From a virus (Duplodnaviria > Caudoviricetes), in the IMG/VR virus record IMGVR_UViG_3300049437_000015, positions 1 to 47,608 of that record: a stretch of 47,608 bases of DNA; one strand, 5' to 3'. Shown in pieces: positions 18,336-25,961 of this stretch. The notes below the pieces were generated by a model. It was not told where the DNA came from and ran no database searches. It worked only from the letters and a program-made list of their open reading frames with translations. How positions within the stretch are numbered: position 1 is the first letter of the stretch; each line of letters starts with the position of its first letter. A program made the translations under genes and the position numbers.

Positions 18336-20756
18336 ATGATCGGCGGTGGTTCTATAGACGGTTGTTGCGGCGATCCTTGCCCCGATTGGACGGCGGATTT
18401 TGGTACGGATTATCCGAGGTATTACAAAGCAAGAATCACATGGAGCGAAGAATTTTGCCCAACAATACCAGCCGAGACTACTTGTGGAATTGATTTTTTG
18501 CGGCATGAACTCCTTGCCACTCATTACACGGGCTCAAGTTATTGCGGAAATATTTCGCTTCGATCTTACTGCTCGTCGTCGCGGCCGCTTGATGGTTATA
18601 TGGAGTCTGCGAGCCCAGAAAGTCCGATAGGCGTACGGTTTTCTTATTTGGGTGTGTCGTTCAAAAAAGAAGACGGTAGCTGGTTTGCTACCATTCGTGT
18701 CGGGGCTTTGAATTCTGTTGCCTATGGTATCTACCGCTGTGGCCCGGTTGACCTAAGCGATCTAAGCTCAATCACGCTTAGCGACTTGACGATACTAGGG
18801 CTACCGGGAACCGAGAACTTCCCCTCGTCAATAACGCTCACCGAAATCGACGGTACGCTGTGCGGCAGAGACACCGAAGGCGATTGCCCATGCGAGGAAC
18901 AGGGAGTCATTGGGCCGATAGACTGGGTTACTTTGTCTAAAGGTGCATGGTCGTGGGACACGGCCTTTGATTATGATCGATGCACGGAAACGAAGCCAGA
19001 GTACGATTGCTGTTTGGTCGGGACCGTGGATTACACTTGCTGGTCATCGAGTGTTTTTTACGGATACCAGAGCTATAGCGGAAGCTTTGATTTTCGAGTT
19101 ACGCATCAATACTATGGAAGCGCGTGGGAATCTGTATTCGTTCCTGATAGTGGCCTAGCGGTTATTGCGGGCATGATTCGGTTGATTACGCGGTGCGGAA
19201 AAACTTATTTGGTAACTGGCCTGAACTCAGCGGGGTGCTATCCACCCGTTCCGAATTATTTAGTTGAGTGGGTTTCAAACGGCGGTGAAGCATGGCCCTA
19301 TCCGTGTCCGGCTGGACTTGCGATCCAAGAGTTAGGCGATCATCCAATGACCGGAGGAATATCGTTCCCATTCACGGCATCGGGTTCGTGGGCTGTTGAT
19401 TTTGGGGAAGTACCAGACACCGAAGCAAATGCGGCCGGTGCCGACGTAACCGTGACTTATACCGGCTTTGGCGAATGCGTTACTGATGATGATATGACAT
19501 GGGAGCTTCCCTGCGGTGCGCACGTGACCGGCTGTATAGCGTTGCGAATCTTCGGCGTATGTGGCGATCAAGCGTATCCCGGATTGATTCATCTATCTGG
19601 CGCGTATGGCGGAACGACTTGGACGAGCGGCACGGTAACGACTGCCGACGGAACCATTGAAGTCACCGCCTACGTCGATGAAGACTGCGTATTGCACATT
19701 GAATCAACGACCTATTTCGGCGAACACTACCTTTTCGAGGTACAGCTTGAATCTGGGGCATATTACCGCAACGTCCGCAAGACGATTGACAACGCCGTTG
19801 AAATGCAGGTCGGCGACACCCGCTATGTAACAAAGGTAGAAATAAACTGGCTAGACCGAGCGGAGTGTAACCGACTCAATGACCCCATGCAGTCGGAAGC
19901 GGATTGCTACTTCTGTGAAGGCAATTCGTTCGTGGTCGATACGCTCGTCATCCGCGTTCCCGGCTCGACCGTCGTGAAACTCCAAAGGAACTTCCTCGAA
20001 AAGACCGCCGCATGTATTTGGCAAAACGATAATATCGCCGACTGCACCGAGGATAGTAATTCATTTTCCATCGAAGTCACCGGCAACAAAGACGGATGCT
20101 CGGCCTACTTTGAAGCGACCGTAACGAAACTTTCCGTCACGCCGAATCAGTGGGTCAAGTATCGCAAAACAGTGGACGTTCGCACGGAAGAGATCAACTG
20201 TTTCGGAACGCACACGCTGACCGAGTATTCCCGTTCCGGCGCGGGCGAAATCCCCGAATGCGGCTCGACGTTCGTTATCGAGGCGGGATCGAAATCGAAC
20301 TACCACAAGCCTGCCCACCTGTCCGACGTTCATTCGGCTCCGTATTACGTTCATGTTCGCTTGGTCGATCCACCCAACGACGAAACGATTTACGATATTC
20401 CGCTCAGCGGCTCAAGCGATGATGACCATTGGATTTTTCACTACGGCCCCGGATACGTCACTCCTGATTCGTGGTCATCGCCACCGTCGCCTTGCCTCAG
20501 TGGTGCGGCACTCTGGGGCGACATGGAAATTAAATACACTTGGCTCGATTACTACTGCCTCCTCATGGAGTTCACGTTGACGCTCGTTGATGCGGAATCG
20601 AACGAGTGTTCGCTGTACTGCGGAATCCGCCTCCTCTCGCCATGGGAGATTTGCAGCGGCGATGAATTCCAGTGCGGCGATTTTTACATTTCCATCGACC
20701 CCGAAGTCAACTGGATACCCGGAAACCCATGCGTGAAGCAGCCCTATGCGACCTAA
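18336..20756 (+). CDS. Large Cys-rich protein, candidate receptor-binding/tail-tip protein
   Basis: AAGGAGG SD; 806 aa; about 38 Cys by manual count; end of tail module. Confidence 0.6.
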   Translation: MIGGGSIDGCCGDPCPDWTADFGTDYPRYYKARITWSEEFCPTIPAETTCGIDFLRHELLATHYTGSSYCGNISLRSYCSSSRPLDGYMESASPESPIGVRFSYLGVSFKKEDGSWFATIRVGALNSVAYGIYRCGPVDLSDLSSITLSDLTILGLPGTENFPSSITLTEIDGTLCGRDTEGDCPCEEQGVIGPIDWVTLSKGAWSWDTAFDYDRCTETKPEYDCCLVGTVDYTCWSSSVFYGYQSYSGSFDFRVTHQYYGSAWESVFVPDSGLAVIAGMIRLITRCGKTYLVTGLNSAGCYPPVPNYLVEWVSNGGEAWPYPCPAGLAIQELGDHPMTGGISFPFTASGSWAVDFGEVPDTEANAAGADVTVTYTGFGECVTDDDMTWELPCGAHVTGCIALRIFGVCGDQAYPGLIHLSGAYGGTTWTSGTVTTADGTIEVTAYVDEDCVLHIESTTYFGEHYLFEVQLESGAYYRNVRKTIDNAVEMQVGDTRYVTKVEINWLDRAECNRLNDPMQSEADCYFCEGNSFVVDTLVIRVPGSTVVKLQRNFLEKTAACIWQNDNIADCTEDSNSFSIEVTGNKDGCSAYFEATVTKLSVTPNQWVKYRKTVDVRTEEINCFGTHTLTEYSRSGAGEIPECGSTFVIEAGSKSNYHKPAHLSDVHSAPYYVHVRLVDPPNDETIYDIPLSGSSDDDHWIFHYGPGYVTPDSWSSPPSPCLSGAALWGDMEIKYTWLDYYCLLMEFTLTLVDAESNECSLYCGIRLLSPWEICSGDEFQCGDFYISIDPEVNWIPGNPCVKQPYAT

Positions 20757-21169
20757 GCACGTTCACCGTCGAAGGCGAACGCTATGATTCGATATGTCCG
20801 CGTTGCAATCTACCGGCAACGTGGTGGAAGGGTCAGCGTTCGCCAATTCGCCCGTGCGATCCAGAATTCGCCGCGAAGCATTTGGAGGCCCGGAAGAATC
20901 CGCCGAAGCAACAGCCGACCGAGCGGCCGGCTCGCAACCCATCACGGCAAGCAGCTAAAATCAGCAACGAAGAAAAGGCGGCGGCCATTGCTAGAGACGT
21001 TCTAAAATGCGTCACAGAAAACCCCGGCTTGACGCTTGACGAGATTGCAAAAAAAATAAAAAAAACCTGCCCCGGCAGTAAAGCAAAAGTCGAGTATCAC
21101 CTGGAATGCTCGGCTGCAACCGGCATCATGCGAAAAGAAGGCGAGCCCGCGATGTACTACACTGCGTGA
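20729..21169 (+). CDS. Hypothetical protein with Cys motifs and C-terminal winged-HTH-like segment
   Basis: CPRC motif; NPGLTLDEIAKKI resembles HTH. Confidence 0.5.
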   Translation: MREAALCDLSTFTVEGERYDSICPRCNLPATWWKGQRSPIRPCDPEFAAKHLEARKNPPKQQPTERPARNPSRQAAKISNEEKAAAIARDVLKCVTENPGLTLDEIAKKIKKTCPGSKAKVEYHLECSAATGIMRKEGEPAMYYTA

Positions 21170-21225
21170 AATAAATCAACGCTGCACGGATAGGGACGAA
21201 GAAATGTCCAAAGGGGTATTGGTGA

Positions 21226-21909
21226 TTACTTCTTTCGGCCGTCGATCCACTTGCGGTCGGACTCGCTCAGTTGTTCGATTGGGATGCTGGCCGTCTTGCC
21301 GTTCTTCTTTTTCAGCTTCACAACGTTATTTGTGACGCCAGCGAATTTCGCCTCTACCTCAAAATTGCCGGTCGCATCTTTCCATGTTCTCCATTTGGCA
21401 TTCTCTTCCTCGGCTAGTTTATCGAGCTTCTTTTTTCTCGCCTCTTCCTTGGCTTTCTTGGCATCTTGTTCGATCTTCTTTTCATCAATCGCAACAAGCC
21501 GCGGAATGGTTTTCGAGCTTCCCATCGCCGTGGTGTATTTCTTTGATCCGTCAACCTTGAATGGTACTTTCAGGTTGACCGTGAAATCGTCGCCGTCGGA
21601 AAGACCCTTTGTCGAATAGCCTTCGATCCAGAGCGCGTGCGATCGGTGGTTAACTTCAACGTCAACAATCATATTCTCGGCGTCGATAATCTGAATGACG
21701 CGAGCGCCGTGAACATAACCGACGACTCCATCATCCGCCGTGATGTATTTTCCGCCGATATCGTCCCAGTAAAATCGCGGGTATTTCAGCTTTGGTTCAG
21801 GCTTATAATTACCAGTCCCCAAACCCTGGATTGCGTGGGGCGAAAAAGTTCCCTGCCCAAACGCACTACTGGAAACCATCGCACCGATGAGAAAAATTGA
21901 AAAACGCAT
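21226..21909 (-). CDS. Secreted protein with C-terminal SHD1 (SLA1 homology domain 1); moron
   Basis: Signal peptide MRFSIFLIGAMVSSSAFG; WRTWKDATGNFEVEAKF...VKLKKKNG...IPIEQLSESDRKWI; GGAGG SD on the minus strand. Confidence 0.8.
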   Translation of the reverse strand: MRFSIFLIGAMVSSSAFGQGTFSPHAIQGLGTGNYKPEPKLKYPRFYWDDIGGKYITADDGVVGYVHGARVIQIIDAENMIVDVEVNHRSHALWIEGYSTKGLSDGDDFTVNLKVPFKVDGSKKYTTAMGSSKTIPRLVAIDEKKIEQDAKKAKEEARKKKLDKLAEEENAKWRTWKDATGNFEVEAKFAGVTNNVVKLKKKNGKTASIPIEQLSESDRKWIDGRKK

Positions 21910-22042
21910 GATCTACCTCCGCTCCTCACCCTACCCTCAATCCTCGATTCCTTCAATCACCAATTCGGGTTATTGTGGTTTACCGAAAATACCACCTTTG
22001 GGCTTCATTTCAAAATATTCCGAAATAATTATCGAAATGCTG

Positions 22043-22070
22043 TTGACATGCCGATAAATAGCTGTAGAAT
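22043..22070 (+). promoter_or_regulatory. Sigma70-type promoter
   Basis: TTGACA-N16-TAGAAT in AT-rich intergenic DNA. Confidence 0.7.
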
Positions 22071-22148
22071 GAGTGAAGAATCAAACAACTGATTCGACTC
22101 GGCAACTGAGTGAGTTGCAGGCGGCCTTGATCGGCCAGGAGAATTAAA

Positions 22149-22454
22149 ATGAAGATTTGCATTACCGAACAAAACCACCGAACTGGAAAGACGCGTGAAA
22201 TTTGCGTCATTGACCACACCGACACATGTGACGCGCTTAATGCGGTCGCCTTGCCGGACTGGACTACCGGATGTCCGATTGACAAAGGAGCGGACGGAAG
22301 CGGATTTATTGCCGACCCCGACGACGACCAACACATCATCAGCGCGGACGTTATGCATGACTGCTTCACGGATAAATGCGAATGCGACGAATGTAAACGA
22401 AGTCAATCGATGACCGGCGAAGAGATGGACTACATGGAATCATACGACGAATAG
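22149..22454 (+). CDS. Acidic Cys/His-containing hypothetical protein
   Basis: AGGAG SD; first gene after promoter. Confidence 0.65.
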   Translation: MKICITEQNHRTGKTREICVIDHTDTCDALNAVALPDWTTGCPIDKGADGSGFIADPDDDQHIISADVMHDCFTDKCECDECKRSQSMTGEEMDYMESYDE

Positions 22455-22533
22455 CCGCACTCCTCTCCTCGGCGGGAGCGACTAATCACCGCTCGGATAC
22501 ACACCGCCGGGGAGAGCCTTTCAAAAAACGACC

Positions 22534-22704
22534 ATGAAGAAACCAAAACGCGGCGCGCCTCGAAAATCCGAAGAGGCCCGCAAATCGAAGCAAATTACCG
22601 TAAAGCTCACGCCGGCCGATCACGCCGAGATTACCCGGCTGGCTGTCGAATCGCGGCTGACCGTGACCGATTACCTGACGCGGCGGGGGCTGGGGATTGA
22701 TTAG
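22534..22704 (+). CDS. Ribbon-helix-helix DNA-binding protein (MobC/CopG-like), 56 aa, not in ORF track
   Basis: MKKPKRGAPRKSEEARKSKQITVKLTPADHAEITRLAVESRLTVTDYLTRRGLGID: ITVKL strand followed by two helices. Confidence 0.7.
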   Translation: MKKPKRGAPRKSEEARKSKQITVKLTPADHAEITRLAVESRLTVTDYLTRRGLGID

Positions 22705-22767
22705 GTTGTGTTTTGTACAGTTTGTGGTTTACCGAAAGAATATTTTTCAAATATTTGGGAATTCCTA

Positions 22768-22795
22768 TTGACGGAATTCCGACATAGGGTATATT
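22768..22795 (+). promoter_or_regulatory. Sigma70-type early promoter with two GGAATTCC palindromes around the -35
   Basis: TTGACG-N16-TATATT; GGAATTCC at 22758-22765 and 22773-22780. Confidence 0.65.
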
Positions 22796-22801
22796 CTTAA
22801 A

Positions 22802-23215
22802 ACATCGTCGAAAAGCTCCCTAAAAGGTTCGAGTCCTTGTCGGGGAGCTTTCGGCGGACTTGTGAAAGCCCGCCTTGCGAATAGTGGCGGGTGGTGACGG
22901 TTATAAGGGAGTTTCCCGAAGGCAGTCACGGCGGGCGCGTTTCCGTTTTGTAAACACCCGTCACTTTATTTTGTTTTTTGCGAAGTCCCGAGCGATGGAA
23001 GCACGGGCCAAGCCTTTACAAGCTTGCAAACGCATTCAGGCCGACTCTTTGGCCGACCCGGATGCAAACCGGAACTTACACGTTGCAAGAAAGCGACACG
23101 CTCAGCGTGCGCGACAATGGAATGCGACGTGCCCATGCAGGATACGGCGGCATGATGACGCTGGACAGAATAGCACGAGCTATACTTGATATAGCAAGAG
23201 CTTGTCGGGCATTTC
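22802..23215 (+). ncRNA. Putative structured ncRNA/leader upstream of the recombinase
   Basis: Many nested complementary segments read by eye (see findings); no convincing protein-like ORF. Confidence 0.5.
22824..22848 (+). other. tRNA 3'-end-like sequence (Asn-like), candidate attP core
   Basis: AAGG-TTCGAGT-CCTT T-arm followed by G-TCGGGGA-G-C; about 380 bp upstream of a tyrosine recombinase. Confidence 0.5.
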
Positions 23216-23227
23216 AAGATTTACATC

Positions 23228-24100
23228 ATGCTGCTTGCCGATATCTTCCAACAGTATTATCTGTTGGAACACCCCGAAATTGCGCGGGGCACCGTGCAAA
23301 ATATCAACGCCTCGATTCGCGCTTACTCGCGATTCCTGGGCCGCGATGCTACATTGACGGACTTCTCGAAGAAATCGCTTTACGACTTTATGGCATGGAT
23401 GTCCGAGCTTGGCTATGCGCCGAAGTCGATCAACAACAAGCGCGGCGATTTGATAACGCTCTGGTACTCCGCTCACGACGAAGGCATGATCGGGCCGGTG
23501 CCGCGAATCAGAAAGCGGAAGGAACCGAAAAGACTGCCGGTGGTATGGACGCTGGACGAGATTCGGAGAATCTACGCGGCCACGGATGGGGCCGTCGGCA
23601 GTTATCGCGGCGTCTCAAAGAAGCTTATCGGCAAGCTAGCAATCTCGATTCTTTGGGACACGGGCTGCCGAGTCGGAACGCTCCGAAAGGCGAAGCTGGC
23701 CGATGTAAATCTATCGACCGGCGCGTGGTTCGTTCCGGCAGAAAACTTGAAGGGATCGCCTGCGGATCGCATCTTTCGCTTGCACCCGAACACGATTGCA
23801 ATTCTCAAGGAAACGCTGGCCGTGAAACGCGAACGACTTGTTCCGTTGCCGCTGGACAAGAACACGATGTACGAATGGGCGAAGAATCTCTTGACGCGAG
23901 CCGACTTACCGCACGACAGACTCAGGAAATTTCATTGCATTCGACGCACGGCGGAAACACAAGCCGCGGCAAAGATGGGCATCGGATGGGCGGCGGCAGC
24001 GATTGGCCACACGGAAGAGGTTGCAAGGAAGTATTACGTCAACCCGCTCTACCTCGATTCACCGAATTTGATCGACGCTCTTCCTCGGCTAACCGATTAG
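23228..24100 (+). CDS. int: Tyrosine recombinase/integrase
   Basis: Catalytic set intact: GCRVG (R), ENLKG (K), FHCIRR (HxxR), IGHT (H), KYY (Y); N-terminal SAM-like core-binding region. Confidence 0.9.
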   Translation: MLLADIFQQYYLLEHPEIARGTVQNINASIRAYSRFLGRDATLTDFSKKSLYDFMAWMSELGYAPKSINNKRGDLITLWYSAHDEGMIGPVPRIRKRKEPKRLPVVWTLDEIRRIYAATDGAVGSYRGVSKKLIGKLAISILWDTGCRVGTLRKAKLADVNLSTGAWFVPAENLKGSPADRIFRLHPNTIAILKETLAVKRERLVPLPLDKNTMYEWAKNLLTRADLPHDRLRKFHCIRRTAETQAAAKMGIGWAAAAIGHTEEVARKYYVNPLYLDSPNLIDALPRLTD

Positions 24101-24145
24101 CTCTAGCCGATCTTCCACGTTGCCTTGGCGGGCTTTTTGTGGAAC

Positions 24146-24184
24146 CGCCCCGCGCCGCACTTCGCGGCCGGGGCTTCTTTTTTT
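24146..24184 (+). terminator. Rho-independent terminator after the recombinase
   Basis: GCCCC..GCCGC/GCGGC..GGGGC stem followed by TTCTTTTTTT. Confidence 0.7.
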
Positions 24185-24205
24185 CACACCACAAGGATTC
24201 ACATC

Positions 24206-24718
24206 ATGGATGAATATTTAATGGTAGGAAGTGATTCGAGCATAATCACCATCGACGTTGAAGATGCGTTTCATCGGTTCAGTATTGAAGTCGGCGGTGA
24301 AACAGTTGAATTTAGGCCTGCTGATGTTAAGTGGGAGGTAACTAAAACAGCTTACGCATCATATGCAAGAAAAGAATTCACACGAAAAGGAGTTCGCAAA
24401 AAAGTTAAGCTCCACAGGTTGCTGCTGAACGCAAAAGAAGGCGAATACGTTGATCACAGAAACCATAATGGACTCGACAACAGACGTGCCAATATCAGAA
24501 TTGCTACCCCACAGCAAAATCAATTTAATAAAAATGCTAAACGCGGAAAGAAATTTAAGGGCGTAACTCAGTTAAAGGGATGCAAAAAATATACCGCATT
24601 TATTTGCGGGAAAAAGATAGCATCATTCAAGACTCCCGAAGAAGCCGCCCTAGCCTACAACGCGAAGGCATTAGAAGTGTTTGGCGAATTTGCAAGACTG
24701 AACAAGGTAGAGGTATAG
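24206..24718 (+). CDS. HNH-AP2 homing endonuclease
   Basis: VDHRNHNGLDNRRANIR (HNH) plus FKGV...F.TPEEAALAYN..A..VFGEFA..N (AP2); AT-rich. Confidence 0.88.
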   Translation: MDEYLMVGSDSSIITIDVEDAFHRFSIEVGGETVEFRPADVKWEVTKTAYASYARKEFTRKGVRKKVKLHRLLLNAKEGEYVDHRNHNGLDNRRANIRIATPQQNQFNKNAKRGKKFKGVTQLKGCKKYTAFICGKKIASFKTPEEAALAYNAKALEVFGEFARLNKVEV

Positions 24719-24770
24719 CGGGAGTCCACGGTGCGGCGGTTTCTTTTTTCTAAAGAATAATAGGTGAACA

Positions 24771-25961
24771 ATGGAATACGAACTTAAAATCGACAAGGAA
24801 TTTCAATCGCTTTGCCCGCCGCTCACGCCAGAAGAGTTGAGCTTGCTCGATACGAGCATCAACGAAAACGGATGTAAGGAAGCAATCGAGGTTTGGGCAA
24901 ATCACGATGACACGATCATCGACGGGCATAATCGTTATCGGATTTGCAAGTCATGCAAGATCGATTTCAAAACGAAGGCGTTGAAATTTGAGACGCGCGG
25001 CGAGGTGATTAACTACATCATCGCCAAGCAGTTGGGGCGGCGGAACCTCACCGAGTTTCAGAAGTCTGCTTTGCGTGGACGGCGTTACGCCAACGAGAAA
25101 GAACAGGGAAAAAGGACTGATTTAACTTCTGCTCAAAATGATGAGAAGTTAGGGAATGACGAAAGTCCCCCAGAAACTACTGCTGAAAAGCTAGGAAAAG
25201 AGTACGGCGTTTCACGGATCACCATCCAACGCGACGAGCATTTTGCTATGGGGCTGGAAAAGATCGCGCAGGCGATGGGCGAACAGATGAAGAACGATAT
25301 TCTCTCAGGCGTCGTCAAGATCAAGCGGGGAGTAATAGAAAAATTGCGTGACGCGGACGCCGAAGAAGTCAAATCCGTTATCGCTAACGCGACGAAGAAA
25401 AAAGAAGCCAAACGCGATTCAGCGACCTCTAATAATCCACTCCCTAAACCCAATGCGGTAAAACTTCTTTCGCAAAAGGCGACGGCCATCCAAATGGCGG
25501 TCAATCAAGGAATGAAGCTGGCTGAGGCTTGCGGAATCTACGGACTTCAAAGAAATTCTTATTCGCGCGTTAGTGCAGTCGTGCAGTCGAATAAACAAAT
25601 TCTTATCGATGCGATGGATAGTGAACTTCTGACGATAAGCGGCGCGGAAACGCTCATCAACAGGTCTGTTGAAAAAATAACAGAAGCCATCGAGAAGGCA
25701 AAGGCGGAAAAGGCAGCCAAGAATCACAAGCCTCTTTCAGTCGCCGGACGATCCAAGCAAGAATTGCTACGCGAATTACTAGAGCGGACTTATGCCGATT
25801 GGTCCGGCGCTTCTAATAATCGACCTATCTCTAAGAGTTGCATTCCGACGAACGCGGAAAAACTCGCGGAACTCGAATTGCTCTGCAAAAACGTTCGCCG
25901 TTATGTGATCGACTACCTCAAAAGAATCGAGGAGGAAATTAGCAATGTTCGTCAGGGATAA
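24771..25961 (+). CDS. ParB/Srx-like N-terminal domain protein
   Basis: PPLTPEE...L..SI...G, IIDGHNRY, QLGRRNL, HTH-like AEKLGKEYGVSRITIQRD. Confidence 0.8.
   Translation: MEYELKIDKEFQSLCPPLTPEELSLLDTSINENGCKEAIEVWANHDDTIIDGHNRYRICKSCKIDFKTKALKFETRGEVINYIIAKQLGRRNLTEFQKSALRGRRYANEKEQGKRTDLTSAQNDEKLGNDESPPETTAEKLGKEYGVSRITIQRDEHFAMGLEKIAQAMGEQMKNDILSGVVKIKRGVIEKLRDADAEEVKSVIANATKKKEAKRDSATSNNPLPKPNAVKLLSQKATAIQMAVNQGMKLAEACGIYGLQRNSYSRVSAVVQSNKQILIDAMDSELLTISGAETLINRSVEKITEAIEKAKAEKAAKNHKPLSVAGRSKQELLRELLERTYADWSGASNNRPISKSCIPTNAEKLAELELLCKNVRRYVIDYLKRIEEEISNVRQG

Larger units (their letters stand above)
21973..22737 (+). repeat. 16-bp direct repeat TTGTGGTTTACCGAAA (21973-21988 and 22722-22737)
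   Basis: Exact match read from sequence; each copy is followed by CAAA(A)TATT and a promoter. Confidence 0.85.

Noticed and set aside
22865-24136. AAAGCCCGCC and its reverse complement GGCGGGCTTT flank int, suggesting an invertible segment
   Set aside because: Only 10 bp, and this is a common hairpin/terminator arm sequence
22978-24213. 411-aa alternative-frame ORF over int, and ORF 22875..23189
   Set aside because: Arg/Ala-rich without motifs or SD; the int frame holds all catalytic residues
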